Source: an uncultured bacterium | GTDB lineage: Bacteria > CG03 > SLGR01 > JAGXOG01 | Direction: 5' to 3' | Assembly (NCBI GenBank): GCA_964476445.1 | Contig: CAYZAK010000001.1 | Span: 83,271 to 147,270 of the forward strand | DNA length: 64,000 bases | Part shown: positions 46,792-56,699 of the stretch, one piece after another | How the letters are laid out: each line of letters starts with the position of its first letter | Position numbering within the stretch: the first letter of the stretch is position 1 | Notes under the pieces: model-generated | Database searches by the model: none | The model's input: only the letters and a program-made list of their open reading frames with translations | What the model was told of the DNA's origin: nothing | Position numbers and translations under genes: made by a program

Positions 46792-48288
46792 CTAATTTTT
46801 AGGAAATAGGGATTCGCCTTTAGACACCTGATCAAAATTTAGCTTTATATCCCATTTTAAATTTTCCTGGGCGGATATTTTATTTATGCCCATTTGGTGC
46901 CTGATCTTCAGGCTGGTTTCCGGCATAAACGGATATATCAGCTGGCCAACTATTCTCAATAAATTAAATAAATTAGTCAACACCTCGTTTAACCTATGCT
47001 CTTTGTTTTTTTTATTTAAAACCCAGGGTTTTTCTTCCTCAATATAAGAGTTGCCTTTTTTAATTATTTTCCATATATTTGCCAGGATCCGGTTGAATTT
47101 CAGATGATGATAATGATTCTTATTTATTTCAATTATCTCTTTAACCATTATGGCAAATCCATCCGGCTGACCGGATTGAAATTGAGGTTCATACTTTTCT
47201 ATCATCCCCAGTACTCTGCTTAACAGATTCCCAAGTTCGTTAGCCAGGTCTGAATTATAGCGATTTTTAAACTGCTTGTGAGAAAAATTTCCGTCCTGCC
47301 CAAAGGTAACCTGTCTTAATAAAAAATACCTAAATGAATCCACATTCCACTTATCTATCACATCCAGCGGCTCTATCACATTACCCAGGGATTTACTCAT
47401 TTTTTCGCCGGTGATTGTCCACCAGCCGTGGGCGAAAATTTTACAGGGCAACTCTAAATCCAGAGCCATCAGCATGGTGGACCAGTATACCGAATGGGTG
47501 GTCAGTATATCTTTGCCTATTAAATGACAAGTTGCCGGCCACCATTTTATTTCTTCCGGGGTAAGATATTTTGTTGCCGAATAGTAGTTAATAAGGGCGT
47601 CAAACCAGACATAAGTGACATACTCTTTATCAAAAGGTACGGTTATGCCCCAGGATAACCGGCTCTTGGGTCGGGATATACACAGATCATCAAGTTTATT
47701 GTTTTTTAAAAAACCAAGTACTTCATTTCTTCTAATTTCAGGGCTGATGTAATCGGGGTTAGACTGTATATGATTTATTAATTTGTCCTGATATTTAGAC
47801 ATTAAAAAAAAGTAGTTTTCTTCTTCTATTTTTTCAACTTCTCTGCCGCAGTCCGGACATTTTCCGTCCTCTAAATCGCTTTTTTTCCAAAATCGTTCAT
47901 CCGGGACACAGTACCACCCCGAATACGAGCGCTTTTCAATATCCCCTTTTTCATAAAGTTTCATTAGAAAATTTTGAACAACTTTTTTGTGCTCGGGATC
48001 GGTTGTTCTTATAAAATCGTCATTAGAAATATTTAGTTTTTCCCATAAATTTTTAAAACTTTTAACCATCTGATCGGTATGCTCTTTTGGCGGAATACCC
48101 CGCTCGGACGCTGCAGACTCAACTTTCTGCCCGTGTTCATCGGTTCCGGTTAGAAAAAAGACTTTATGCCCCCTGCTCCGATAATATCTAGCCAGAACAT
48201 CTCCGGCCACCTGAGTATAGGCATGTCCTATATGAGGATCAGCGTTTACATAATACAATGGAGTTGTAATATATTTTGGTTCGGTCAT
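46792..48288 (-). CDS. metG: Methionyl-tRNA synthetase (short form)
   Basis: ITTPLYYVNADPHIGHAY, GTDEHGQK, YVWFDALINY, KMSKSLGN. Confidence 0.97.
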   Translation of the reverse strand: MTEPKYITTPLYYVNADPHIGHAYTQVAGDVLARYYRSRGHKVFFLTGTDEHGQKVESAASERGIPPKEHTDQMVKSFKNLWEKLNISNDDFIRTTDPEHKKVVQNFLMKLYEKGDIEKRSYSGWYCVPDERFWKKSDLEDGKCPDCGREVEKIEEENYFFLMSKYQDKLINHIQSNPDYISPEIRRNEVLGFLKNNKLDDLCISRPKSRLSWGITVPFDKEYVTYVWFDALINYYSATKYLTPEEIKWWPATCHLIGKDILTTHSVYWSTMLMALDLELPCKIFAHGWWTITGEKMSKSLGNVIEPLDVIDKWNVDSFRYFLLRQVTFGQDGNFSHKQFKNRYNSDLANELGNLLSRVLGMIEKYEPQFQSGQPDGFAIMVKEIIEINKNHYHHLKFNRILANIWKIIKKGNSYIEEEKPWVLNKKNKEHRLNEVLTNLFNLLRIVGQLIYPFMPETSLKIRHQMGINKISAQENLKWDIKLNFDQVSKGESLFPKN

Positions 48289-48329
48289 TTTATTGTTTTA
48301 TCCTTATTCTTTAATTTCTTTTATACACT

Positions 48330-48989
48330 TCAATTACTTTTATTATTATCATTTTTATCATTACTGTACATCTGATTTTCAAATCTCAGACAGCACAGCA
48401 ACCGGCCGCAACATCCGGTTATATTTTCCGGGTTTATAGAAATATTCTGTTTTCTGGCCATTTCCAGATTCACGGATTCTAAGCCCTTTAAAAATTTAGA
48501 ACAACATACTTCTCGGCCACATAACCCTATCCCCCCCATAAGTGAAACTTCATCTCTTACACCTATCTGAACCATCTGTATTCTAACCTTTAATTTACGG
48601 CCTAACACCCGGATTAGTGCTCTAAAATCCACCCTGGTCTCAGCGGTGTAGTAAATATATAATTTTTTACGATCGTACGTATAATTGATTTTTGTAACAC
48701 TCATGCTGAGATTTTTCCGGCTAATCTCTTTTATAATCTTAGGTCTAACTTCATTAACTTTTTTTCTATTTTCCTTAAGGACATGGTAATCGTTCTTATT
48801 TAATTTTCGTATAACTTTCATATCCATTTCCTCTTTAGCGGAGGATTTAATTTCAGAAATAACACGGGCGGTTTCCAATCCGTTATTAGTACTTAATAAA
48901 ACCCTATCCCGGGGGACTACCTTTTTTCTGCCTGGAGACGCCGGATAGTACTCGCATAATTGTCTTAATGCTACAGTTACTATTTTCAT
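48330..48989 (-). CDS. ricT: PSP1-domain regulatory iron-sulfur protein RicT/YaaT
   Basis: RVDFRALI, QIGVRDE, GLCGREVCC, ITGCCGRLLCCLRFE; located between holB and metG. Confidence 0.9.
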   Translation of the reverse strand: MKIVTVALRQLCEYYPASPGRKKVVPRDRVLLSTNNGLETARVISEIKSSAKEEMDMKVIRKLNKNDYHVLKENRKKVNEVRPKIIKEISRKNLSMSVTKINYTYDRKKLYIYYTAETRVDFRALIRVLGRKLKVRIQMVQIGVRDEVSLMGGIGLCGREVCCSKFLKGLESVNLEMARKQNISINPENITGCCGRLLCCLRFENQMYSNDKNDNNKSN

Positions 48990-49030
48990 AAATCTATTTT
49001 CACCTGATTAATTTTAATCTTCCTCTTTTA

Positions 49031-50062
49031 CTATATATCCGTTAACCCTAATTTTAAAAACATATTTGAAACTGTCAAAGTTATATTTGCATTTTTATTC
49101 AGATCCCGTATTGCTTTTTCCATTACTTTTATATTTCTGTATTTTTTTTCACCGGGACTTCTATTAAAATCAACTCCCTCTTTTTTAAGAAGCATATTTA
49201 GTTTTTCTATACTTTCTTCCCGGTCTGAAAACTGTTTTGAAATAACCTTAAAAAAATCGGTTATATTAATATTATCCGAAATAAATTCTTCTATATCTAA
49301 AAATTTTAAAAACTTACCCGGAGAACCATCTGAAATATCAATTAATTTTTCAGCAGTCTCTTTATTTAATTTCTTATCAACTTTTTTATTTATAAAATTT
49401 TCCATCTGCCTATCAGTTAAAGGTGAAAATTCTACTGTCTGGCATCTGGAATGTACGGTAGGTAACAATTTTCGGGGACTGAATGTTATAAGAATAAAAT
49501 AAGTACTACCCGGTGGTTCTTCTAAAACTTTTAATATGCCGTTAAGGGCTTCCCCGCTGGCTTGGGCAACGTCATCAATTATAAATATTTTCTTACCATC
49601 TATGTACGGTTTGTGATTGGCTTCTTTTTTTAATTCCCTGATCTGATCTATATTAATTTTTACGGTTTTACTTATTTGATTATTTTTATTTTTTTCTGCG
49701 GGTTTATCTTTACCGGATGTTATAGACCGGCGACGGCCGGAATGAACCATATTATTAAATCTGATTTTTAAACCGGAACCGTAATTTAATACTATATGAG
49801 GCTCTTTTTTAGGAGATCCTATAAACCTTATAAGAGGATGGGAACCGTTCAGTACTCTTTTACAGGAAATACATTTAAGACACGGTCTGTTTTTTTGTCT
49901 ACTGCGGCAATTTATATATGCGCCCAGACTAAATGCCGTTAACCTTTTTCCTATCCCTTCAGAACCTGTGAAAAGTAAGGAGTGAGGAATTCTTTTATCC
50001 CTGGCCATATTTTTAAATCTTTGCTTTATTAGTCGGTGTCCTATTATGTTTTTAAATTTCAT
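49031..50062 (-). CDS. holB: DNA polymerase III subunit delta-prime
   Basis: HSLLFTGSEGIGK, Cys4 zinc module, KVLEEPP, LLPTVHSRCQ; follows tmk. Confidence 0.9.
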   Translation of the reverse strand: MKFKNIIGHRLIKQRFKNMARDKRIPHSLLFTGSEGIGKRLTAFSLGAYINCRSRQKNRPCLKCISCKRVLNGSHPLIRFIGSPKKEPHIVLNYGSGLKIRFNNMVHSGRRRSITSGKDKPAEKNKNNQISKTVKINIDQIRELKKEANHKPYIDGKKIFIIDDVAQASGEALNGILKVLEEPPGSTYFILITFSPRKLLPTVHSRCQTVEFSPLTDRQMENFINKKVDKKLNKETAEKLIDISDGSPGKFLKFLDIEEFISDNINITDFFKVISKQFSDREESIEKLNMLLKKEGVDFNRSPGEKKYRNIKVMEKAIRDLNKNANITLTVSNMFLKLGLTDI

Positions 50063-50097
50063 TTTTAATTTCTACTTAATAATTACCTGGCATGCAC

Positions 50098-50736
50098 TTA
50101 AATTATTGTTTTATTTTTTAACACAGATATCAATTCCAAATGTAAATCGGATATAGATTTGCAGGCGTCCAGAACTACAATATTATCTTCTTCTTTACTG
50201 AGTTTTAAATATCCTTTTCTTACTCTCCGGTGAAATTGTAGATTTTCTGATTCAAGCCGGTCTAACTGATTACCAGAATCCTTGGTTCTTTGTAAACCCT
50301 TTTTGACCGGAATATCAAAAATAACAGTTAAATCGGGGTTTATTCCCCCGGTAGCTATATCATTTAAATTTCTTATTAAATCCAAATTCAACTTTCTACC
50401 GTATCCCTGATAAGCGAGACTGGCATGAATATACCGCTCGCATATAACGTATTTGCCGGCCTGTAACGCCGGATTAATGAGTTCTTCGGTATGCTGGGCC
50501 CGGCCGGCGGCGTAAATAAGTAACTCCGCACGCGAAAAAATTTTACTGTCCGGATTTAAGAGCAATTCCCTTAGTTGTTCAGCGATACTTACTCCGCCCG
50601 GCTCCCGGGTCCAGACCGACGGATAACCTTTTTCTTTTAAATACTTAGACAGCAGTCTTGCCTGAGTTGATTTCCCTGCTCCTTCGGGGCCCTCCAAAGT
50701 TATAAATTTTCCTGGGTTGTTGTTAGATTCTATCAT
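50098..50736 (-). CDS. tmk: Thymidylate kinase
   Basis: FITLEGPEGAGKSTQ, TREPGG, SLAYQGYGR, DRLESE. Confidence 0.96.
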   Translation of the reverse strand: MIESNNNPGKFITLEGPEGAGKSTQARLLSKYLKEKGYPSVWTREPGGVSIAEQLRELLLNPDSKIFSRAELLIYAAGRAQHTEELINPALQAGKYVICERYIHASLAYQGYGRKLNLDLIRNLNDIATGGINPDLTVIFDIPVKKGLQRTKDSGNQLDRLESENLQFHRRVRKGYLKLSKEEDNIVVLDACKSISDLHLELISVLKNKTII

Positions 50737-50737
50737 A

Positions 50738-51238
50738 CTATTGATTAATTTTCCTCCCTCTCAACATTACTCTTTGAGAAAGCGTCGCGCTCTGCTGATT
50801 CTGAGTTACAGTCAGAGTGGCTCCCACATGGGCATAGTTTGAAGCGGGTTCCGTATCCATATATATAAAAAATTTTTCCACCCCACCGGGAATTAAAGTA
50901 GTAGTTGACTTTCTCATCATCCTGTATAGATTATCTCCGGATTTAAAATATTTAATTGTATTGTCCCCCCCCCACTCCTGGGTTGAGCGAGAAATTTTAA
51001 ATTTTATTGAACTGTTACCGGTTATCTCAATAGGATCTTCCGAAGTCTGCCGGACATATCTTGTGATTTCATTCATGGCCGATCTGGATTTTCCAAACAC
51101 ATCAACCGAATCCCTGGTCATCCACCATATATCAAAAGTATTTCTAAAAAACCTGAAAGTTCCAATACTTAAAATTCCCAATATGGCTATACTTATACCC
51201 AACTCTATTAAGGTTACACCCTGGTTCTTTTTTATCAT
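50738..51238 (-). CDS. Type IV prepilin-like protein (PilW/GspJ-like minor pilin)
   Basis: Class III signal KKNQG-VTLIELGISIAILGIL (G-1, E+5). Confidence 0.88.
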   Translation of the reverse strand: MIKKNQGVTLIELGISIAILGILSIGTFRFFRNTFDIWWMTRDSVDVFGKSRSAMNEITRYVRQTSEDPIEITGNSSIKFKISRSTQEWGGDNTIKYFKSGDNLYRMMRKSTTTLIPGGVEKFFIYMDTEPASNYAHVGATLTVTQNQQSATLSQRVMLRGRKINQ

Positions 51239-53583
51239 TTTATAATAATAATTTTTTCAGTATCTTCACTGCCGTTAATCTGAATATTAACAAAATACGT
51301 TCCGCTGGCCGCATAATGGCCGGTATTAGTAAGTCCGTACCATTTTTTACTTCCCGAACCCTTTTTTACATATCCATCCATTAATGATTTTACCAGTTCT
51401 CCCCGGATATTAAAAATTCTTAATTTTATATTACCGCTTTCTTCGGCAACATAATTTATCCGGGCAAACTGTACCCCGGGCTCCCGAATAAAATTATTAT
51501 CCACTGTAATTAGTTCAACGGGGGTCACTTCCCCGCTCCATTCAGACCAGCCGCTGTAAGGCCCATCTAAGGTATAATGTTTTGATTCCGGGTGCCATAA
51601 AACATATTCGTCGGATTCCCCCGAAAATTGGCCGGTTTTGTATGTTTCAGTCGCCAGAGATGGTTCGGTGAAACCGTGCCTGGCTTTGCATCTTATCCGG
51701 TAAGTTTTATTATATTCTCCCCGATAATTATACATCCACCGACCGGTTTCACTCCATACCGGAGGTTCGCCCTCAGACCATATTTCTTCTGAAAATATAA
51801 CCTCCCCATCTTCTTCAATCTCTATATAAGCGCCGTAAATCCCCGTTTCCGGATCCCGGGAAGATCCTTTATCAATTACGAATTCTATATCCCTTTCATA
51901 AATAAATTCACCCGGTATTTCTGGACGAGACGGATAACCCACCGGTGGTGAAGTGTCCACAAAAACCTGTTGTTCCGACCATCCGCTGTAATCGGGATTG
52001 GCCCAGGAATATCCCAGGCCGGTATCTATGGTCTGAACCGCCCAGTAGTAGTCCGAACCAGAAATATTCATTGCCCGAACATGCCGGTGATTGCTCACAT
52101 TGATTCTGTCGGGTACATCTATGGTATCGGAGGTAACCTTGGTTAAATAATTCCCCATGAGCGGGGAGCCGTAACTCATGGGCACCAGGTTGTCCGCTCC
52201 CGATGAGGTTCCCACTCTGAAATTGTAGTACAACCCGCTGGTGGGAGTTTCAAAATCCGGCACCTTCGGATCGTTCCACATAATATAAAGAGTTCCATCA
52301 AAGTACCGGGTAGCGAAACTTTCCACTTGAGGAGGTAGATTATTTTCATCATAAGGAGCAGAATCCACATTGTTTTTTAATAATTTAGTTACCGGGTCAT
52401 CCGTGTCATCTTCCCCTAAAACTGCAAGATCCAGGGCTCTGGAATTATTATAATCTGCCCAGCTGACAGCACCTCGCTGTAAACCTTCCACCCCTACAGA
52501 ATTTCCGATATCTATATAACTGTCAAAGGTATCGGTTCCCTTATAAATTTTTAAATGAAAAGGCCCGGTAATCTCTTCTTCGGCGCCCAAAACAGCAAGA
52601 TCCAGTCGGCCGTCGTTATTATAATCCCCGAAAGCCAGGTTGCTGTTGTACACTCCCGGGAAGCTGAATGTGGATGAACTGAAATTTATCTCCCCCCCGG
52701 GCTGAGTCTTATTGGTATACACTACAGTCTCGGGGGTATCGGGTTCCCGACTAACTATTCCGGAGATCACTAAGTCTATCAGACCGCTGTTGTTATAATC
52801 TCCGGCGATCAGCGAGCCCAGGGCAAAACCTTCTTCTATAATATTGTTCTCCCCGGTGGAAATATTTTCTTTAAAACTTTCCCCGTCCTGGTTTTCATAT
52901 ATTACCGTCACCGGGTTGTCGTCTTCATCCTGCCCTATTCCTATTAAATCCGTCCAGCCGTTATTATTTAAATCCGCCTGGCCCAGGTTCTCAATAGATA
53001 TATTGGTATTAAAACCGGCCTCTTTAGAAACGAATTCTTCGGCGGTGTTAATATATAAAACAGGTTTACTATCAGCAGAAACCGGGCCCACCACTAAATC
53101 CATACGGCCGTTATTGTTAAAATCAATTGTTTCCACAGACCCGGCCCCGATATCCGACAGTTCCTGCATAAGATTAAAGTAGCCGTTATTATTTTTGTAT
53201 ATCCAGACTTTCTGGCCGGTACCGTCATGGCCGGCAATAACTAAATCCAGGGTCCCGCTGTTATCCATATCCCCCCAGACAATATTACCGAAATGACGGT
53301 TTTCCAGAGCTATACCCCTTATGCCGTGGTTTTCAATTTTCTGAAACGAGGAACCGTTGTTTTTATAAATTATAGTTCGTCGCTCTCCTTCACTGTCCCG
53401 CCCCACCGTTATTAAATCCCAGGCGCCGTCATTGGTATAATCGCCCCAGGCCGCTGCCGACTGGGCCAGAGGAACAGCAACGCTGTTAAAATCTGTATCT
53501 TCACCAAAATTGGCAAATAAATACGCCGGCAAAGCAAAAGATATATAAAGGAATATCCCCGCCGATTTTATTAATAACTTCAT
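51235..53583 (-). CDS. Secreted FG-GAP/VCBS beta-propeller protein with FN3-like domains and C-terminal FlgD-Ig/T9SS-type sorting-like domain
   Basis: Signal peptide; seven xGDxNNxGxxDL repeats; C-terminus IKLRIFNIRGELVKSL..WYG..SGTYFVNI..EKIIIIK. Confidence 0.85.
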   Translation of the reverse strand: MKLLIKSAGIFLYISFALPAYLFANFGEDTDFNSVAVPLAQSAAAWGDYTNDGAWDLITVGRDSEGERRTIIYKNNGSSFQKIENHGIRGIALENRHFGNIVWGDMDNSGTLDLVIAGHDGTGQKVWIYKNNNGYFNLMQELSDIGAGSVETIDFNNNGRMDLVVGPVSADSKPVLYINTAEEFVSKEAGFNTNISIENLGQADLNNNGWTDLIGIGQDEDDNPVTVIYENQDGESFKENISTGENNIIEEGFALGSLIAGDYNNSGLIDLVISGIVSREPDTPETVVYTNKTQPGGEINFSSSTFSFPGVYNSNLAFGDYNNDGRLDLAVLGAEEEITGPFHLKIYKGTDTFDSYIDIGNSVGVEGLQRGAVSWADYNNSRALDLAVLGEDDTDDPVTKLLKNNVDSAPYDENNLPPQVESFATRYFDGTLYIMWNDPKVPDFETPTSGLYYNFRVGTSSGADNLVPMSYGSPLMGNYLTKVTSDTIDVPDRINVSNHRHVRAMNISGSDYYWAVQTIDTGLGYSWANPDYSGWSEQQVFVDTSPPVGYPSRPEIPGEFIYERDIEFVIDKGSSRDPETGIYGAYIEIEEDGEVIFSEEIWSEGEPPVWSETGRWMYNYRGEYNKTYRIRCKARHGFTEPSLATETYKTGQFSGESDEYVLWHPESKHYTLDGPYSGWSEWSGEVTPVELITVDNNFIREPGVQFARINYVAEESGNIKLRIFNIRGELVKSLMDGYVKKGSGSKKWYGLTNTGHYAASGTYFVNIQINGSEDTEKIIIIK

Positions 53584-53586
53584 CTT

Positions 53587-54555
53587 TTAAAACTCCACAG
53601 CCGCCATCACGGAATGTTCACTGTTTATGGCTCCTACAATACCCATACCGTAATCCAGCGAAAAACGATTGTATTTAAGACCGATACCCCAGGTAAAATT
53701 TTTTATTTCGTAGTTTAACCGGTAGCCTGCTCGGAAAAAGATTATCTCGCTGTGGCTGTACTCCAGCCCCACATTTCCCCGGACAGATTCACATTCCGGT
53801 TCATAGGTAATATCCAGACTAATAAGAGAAGCATGTTCATCATTAAACCTTACCGGGTAGCTTGCTCCCCCCTTAAATAAAACAGGCAGAGGATCGGTAT
53901 CTGCCCCTGAAGTATACGCTACCCCCTGACCCAGGTTTAATACAGCCCCTCCCACTTGAATCCCCGGGGAAAATAGTCTGGTATATACATTCTTATGTCC
54001 GGTTTTAAAAAAATGTGTTTTAACTAACACCCCCCCGTCACCGGAAAAAGAAGAAGCCCTATAACTTTCAAGTAATTTTGAAGTGTAGTATTTTAGCCGC
54101 CACCCGGCGTACACTCCCGTAATAATACGGAACCCGTAACCTGAAGAATAAATTATGTCTTTTTGGGTCTGGAAGTTCTGTTCGTGTAAGCCTTCATGCC
54201 TTCCGGAAGAATCGTCTATAGTTATCATCCCTCCAAAATACCCCAAAACGCCTATCCCCAGACTTCCCGGACCTATTTTTAAGGAAGAACCTAAATAGCC
54301 TACGTTCGAATCAAGAAAGGAATTATAAAAAAGAGCTGAAAAATTTCTTTTTTCAACCGTTCCTAGGATGGCCGGATTTAAATCCGAAGCCGAATAATCT
54401 CCGGACAGAGAAACCCCGCTTTCACCCATAGAATTCACTCTGGGGGACGGATAAAACTTAAGCATGGCTCCGCCGGTAACTCCCCCGGCGTAAGAACACT
54501 GAAGCCCCCCCGATAATACAAAGTAAAAAAGAATAGTAAATAGTTTAAAAAACAT
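53587..54555 (-). CDS. PorV/PorQ-family outer-membrane beta-barrel
   Basis: Signal peptide; SPRVNSMGESGVS..LNPAILG; alternating beta strands; GLEY...FFRAGY...GIGLKY..FSLDYG; terminal Phe. Confidence 0.85.
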   Translation of the reverse strand: MFFKLFTILFYFVLSGGLQCSYAGGVTGGAMLKFYPSPRVNSMGESGVSLSGDYSASDLNPAILGTVEKRNFSALFYNSFLDSNVGYLGSSLKIGPGSLGIGVLGYFGGMITIDDSSGRHEGLHEQNFQTQKDIIYSSGYGFRIITGVYAGWRLKYYTSKLLESYRASSFSGDGGVLVKTHFFKTGHKNVYTRLFSPGIQVGGAVLNLGQGVAYTSGADTDPLPVLFKGGASYPVRFNDEHASLISLDITYEPECESVRGNVGLEYSHSEIIFFRAGYRLNYEIKNFTWGIGLKYNRFSLDYGMGIVGAINSEHSVMAAVEF

Positions 54556-54573
54556 TAAGCCACAAAAAGTACT

Positions 54574-55842
54574 TTAAAGCTCCGTCCAGGAAATTATTTT
54601 TACCCCACCGGCGCCGTCGGTGTCCTTTAACGGAGGCATAAATAAATCGTCTTCATAAGTAATTTCAACGTTTGAAGATGCGTCCAAATTTCCTCCGGCG
54701 GCAACTATTCCGGTTAACTCCACATTGGAGGAAAGCGAAATATCTCCGGGACACTGAATTATCCCCACGGGATCAACATTGGATTCTATATTTATATCTA
54801 TTCCGTCTTTCCATTCCCCGCCGGACACGATCCAGTTAACCTTTCCGTCACCCTGGACATTGGATCTTATATCAATACCGTGATGGTCTGTATCACCGTC
54901 GGGACCGACCACAAAACTCCCGTCCCCGATAAACTCCACATTTGAGTCCACATTGAGCCCCCCCGGATAATAGTAAGTACCTCCGTCTAAATTATAAGTA
55001 TAGCCGGATTGAAAATTTGCCCGCCCTCCGGTTATATTTACTTTTCCGCCAAAATCGTAATTTTCAATTGTATCTTCATCATCAATCATGGCTTGGGCGT
55101 CTACAAACTCAACTTCGTCGATCGGGTCGGTTTTTTCGGTATAATCAGGAGAGTTCCAGTGAACATCATCGGGGATCCGGGTATTATTGAATATTTCTTC
55201 CCGGGCCAGAATTTCTCTGATTCCGGTTGCGTTATTATCGGGATCAAAATCAAAATTGTTGCCTATGTCTATGGTTCTGGCGCTGTATAGAGCAACATTC
55301 CCTTCTTTGTCCGGTTTAAATACAACTCCCGACCCCATGCTCACCGGGTCATTGGAAAAAATTACTCCCCTGACCTCTGTATTGGCCGCAAAATCAGTAC
55401 GTCCTTCGGTCATAGTTGCGTAATTCGGTAATCCGGCCTGTACTTCGACCCTGGCCCGGATAGTCCTTTCTCCAAGAGCCTGAGCCGGCTTTGGCACATA
55501 TCCGGTGGAGGTTACGGTATAAATACTACCGGACTGAACAACACTCACCCGGGCTACGCCATTACTGTTTCCGGTAGTAGTCCCCACGTCAATTTCAAAA
55601 TCCTGATAATTTTTGTTCTGAATCCGGTAAATGGCATTTTCTATACCGCCGTCGGCCACATAAAAAGCCATCTCCCCCAGTCTCTGACTGGTTTCACTCC
55701 TTGTTTCAAACCAGGTAATCATCAACATACCCGTACCCAGTATTACCAGCACTACCATCATCAATATGGCCCCCACCAGCGCCATACCCCTGTTTTTATT
55801 ATTTTTTTTCATCACATTAGTTGGCAGAGTAGTCCGCTGCAT
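54574..55842 (-). CDS. PilX/GspK-like minor pilin with beta-solenoid C-terminal region
   Basis: RG-MALVGAILMMVVLVILG (no E+5), AFYVADGGIENAI, ends IISWTEL; likely start at 55812. Confidence 0.85.
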   Translation of the reverse strand: MQRTTLPTNVMKKNNKNRGMALVGAILMMVVLVILGTGMLMITWFETRSETSQRLGEMAFYVADGGIENAIYRIQNKNYQDFEIDVGTTTGNSNGVARVSVVQSGSIYTVTSTGYVPKPAQALGERTIRARVEVQAGLPNYATMTEGRTDFAANTEVRGVIFSNDPVSMGSGVVFKPDKEGNVALYSARTIDIGNNFDFDPDNNATGIREILAREEIFNNTRIPDDVHWNSPDYTEKTDPIDEVEFVDAQAMIDDEDTIENYDFGGKVNITGGRANFQSGYTYNLDGGTYYYPGGLNVDSNVEFIGDGSFVVGPDGDTDHHGIDIRSNVQGDGKVNWIVSGGEWKDGIDINIESNVDPVGIIQCPGDISLSSNVELTGIVAAGGNLDASSNVEITYEDDLFMPPLKDTDGAGGVKIISWTEL

Positions 55843-56209
55843 AAGAGACCAGCCGGTTTTCTCTTTGACCTTCCAGCGTCTCCCAGGTAACTTTAACTAC
55901 TATCTCTTTTAGACCACCGTTAACTTTGTTTACCGTAACGATTTGGGTAAAATTTATGTTTTCGCCCAGTTTTTTTGAATCAGAAGTCCAGGTCCCCGTA
56001 GCTATATCAGCATAATAAAAAGATTTCACCTCTTCTATCTTATCCGCGGCCCAGCTGGTAGCCAGAGTACTCATTTTAGCCTGGTTTAAAGCTATATTAT
56101 TTTTCATGAAAAGCTGGGCAAAAGAGACTACGATAAAACCAATTATGGCTATCGAAAGCATAATTTCTATATAAGTAACCCCCAAGTTCCTGTTTTTTTT
56201 AATTTTCAT
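55817..56209 (-). CDS. Type IV prepilin-like protein (PilV/GspI-like)
   Basis: LG-VTYIEIMLSIAIIG; AADKIEEVK..Y; GLKEIVVKVTW. Confidence 0.88.
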   Translation of the reverse strand: MKIKKNRNLGVTYIEIMLSIAIIGFIVVSFAQLFMKNNIALNQAKMSTLATSWAADKIEEVKSFYYADIATGTWTSDSKKLGENINFTQIVTVNKVNGGLKEIVVKVTWETLEGQRENRLVSYAADYSAN

Positions 56210-56239
56210 AGTACTGTAATAATAACTGAAGAAAAAGGT

Positions 56240-56662
56240 TTAATCAATCCGGTCAGAATCTTCAGATATTACGATCTCGCCGGAAGCGGCGACATTATCA
56301 TCTACCAGGACCTCTCCTTTAAACTTAAATGAGCTCTGTTCTATATTTTCTAAAATTACATTTATTTCTATTATATCATCAGGTTGTATAGTATGACGGA
56401 ACTTTACTTTATTTACCTTTCTTAATTTTAAATCACCTCTTTTTAAAACAGCCATTGCAGTCTGGGCTATACTTTCGATTATAATAACCCCGGGCATAAC
56501 CGGTCTTTCGGGAAAATGACCTTCAAAAAAATAATCATTGGAAAGCATTTTTTTCACCCCCCGGCCTTTGACCCCTTCCTCCTCTATATATACCCGATCA
56601 ATAAACAGATATGGGTCTCTGTGAGGTAATACTTCTTCAAGCTGTTTTTTCTTTAATAGCAT
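56240..56662 (-). CDS. fabZ: 3-hydroxyacyl-ACP dehydratase
   Basis: LPHRDPYLFIDRV, FEGHFPERPVMPGVIIIESIAQ. Confidence 0.9.
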   Translation of the reverse strand: MLLKKKQLEEVLPHRDPYLFIDRVYIEEEGVKGRGVKKMLSNDYFFEGHFPERPVMPGVIIIESIAQTAMAVLKRGDLKLRKVNKVKFRHTIQPDDIIEINVILENIEQSSFKFKGEVLVDDNVAASGEIVISEDSDRID

Positions 56663-56699
56663 TTTTTTATTAATCTTACATACCCTGACTATATTTAAA

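Noticed and set aside
55813-55842. Track start of the PilX-like ORF at 55842
   Set aside because: The ATG at 55812 gives a normal basic prepilin leader (MKKNNKNRG) and avoids overlap with the pilV-like gene.
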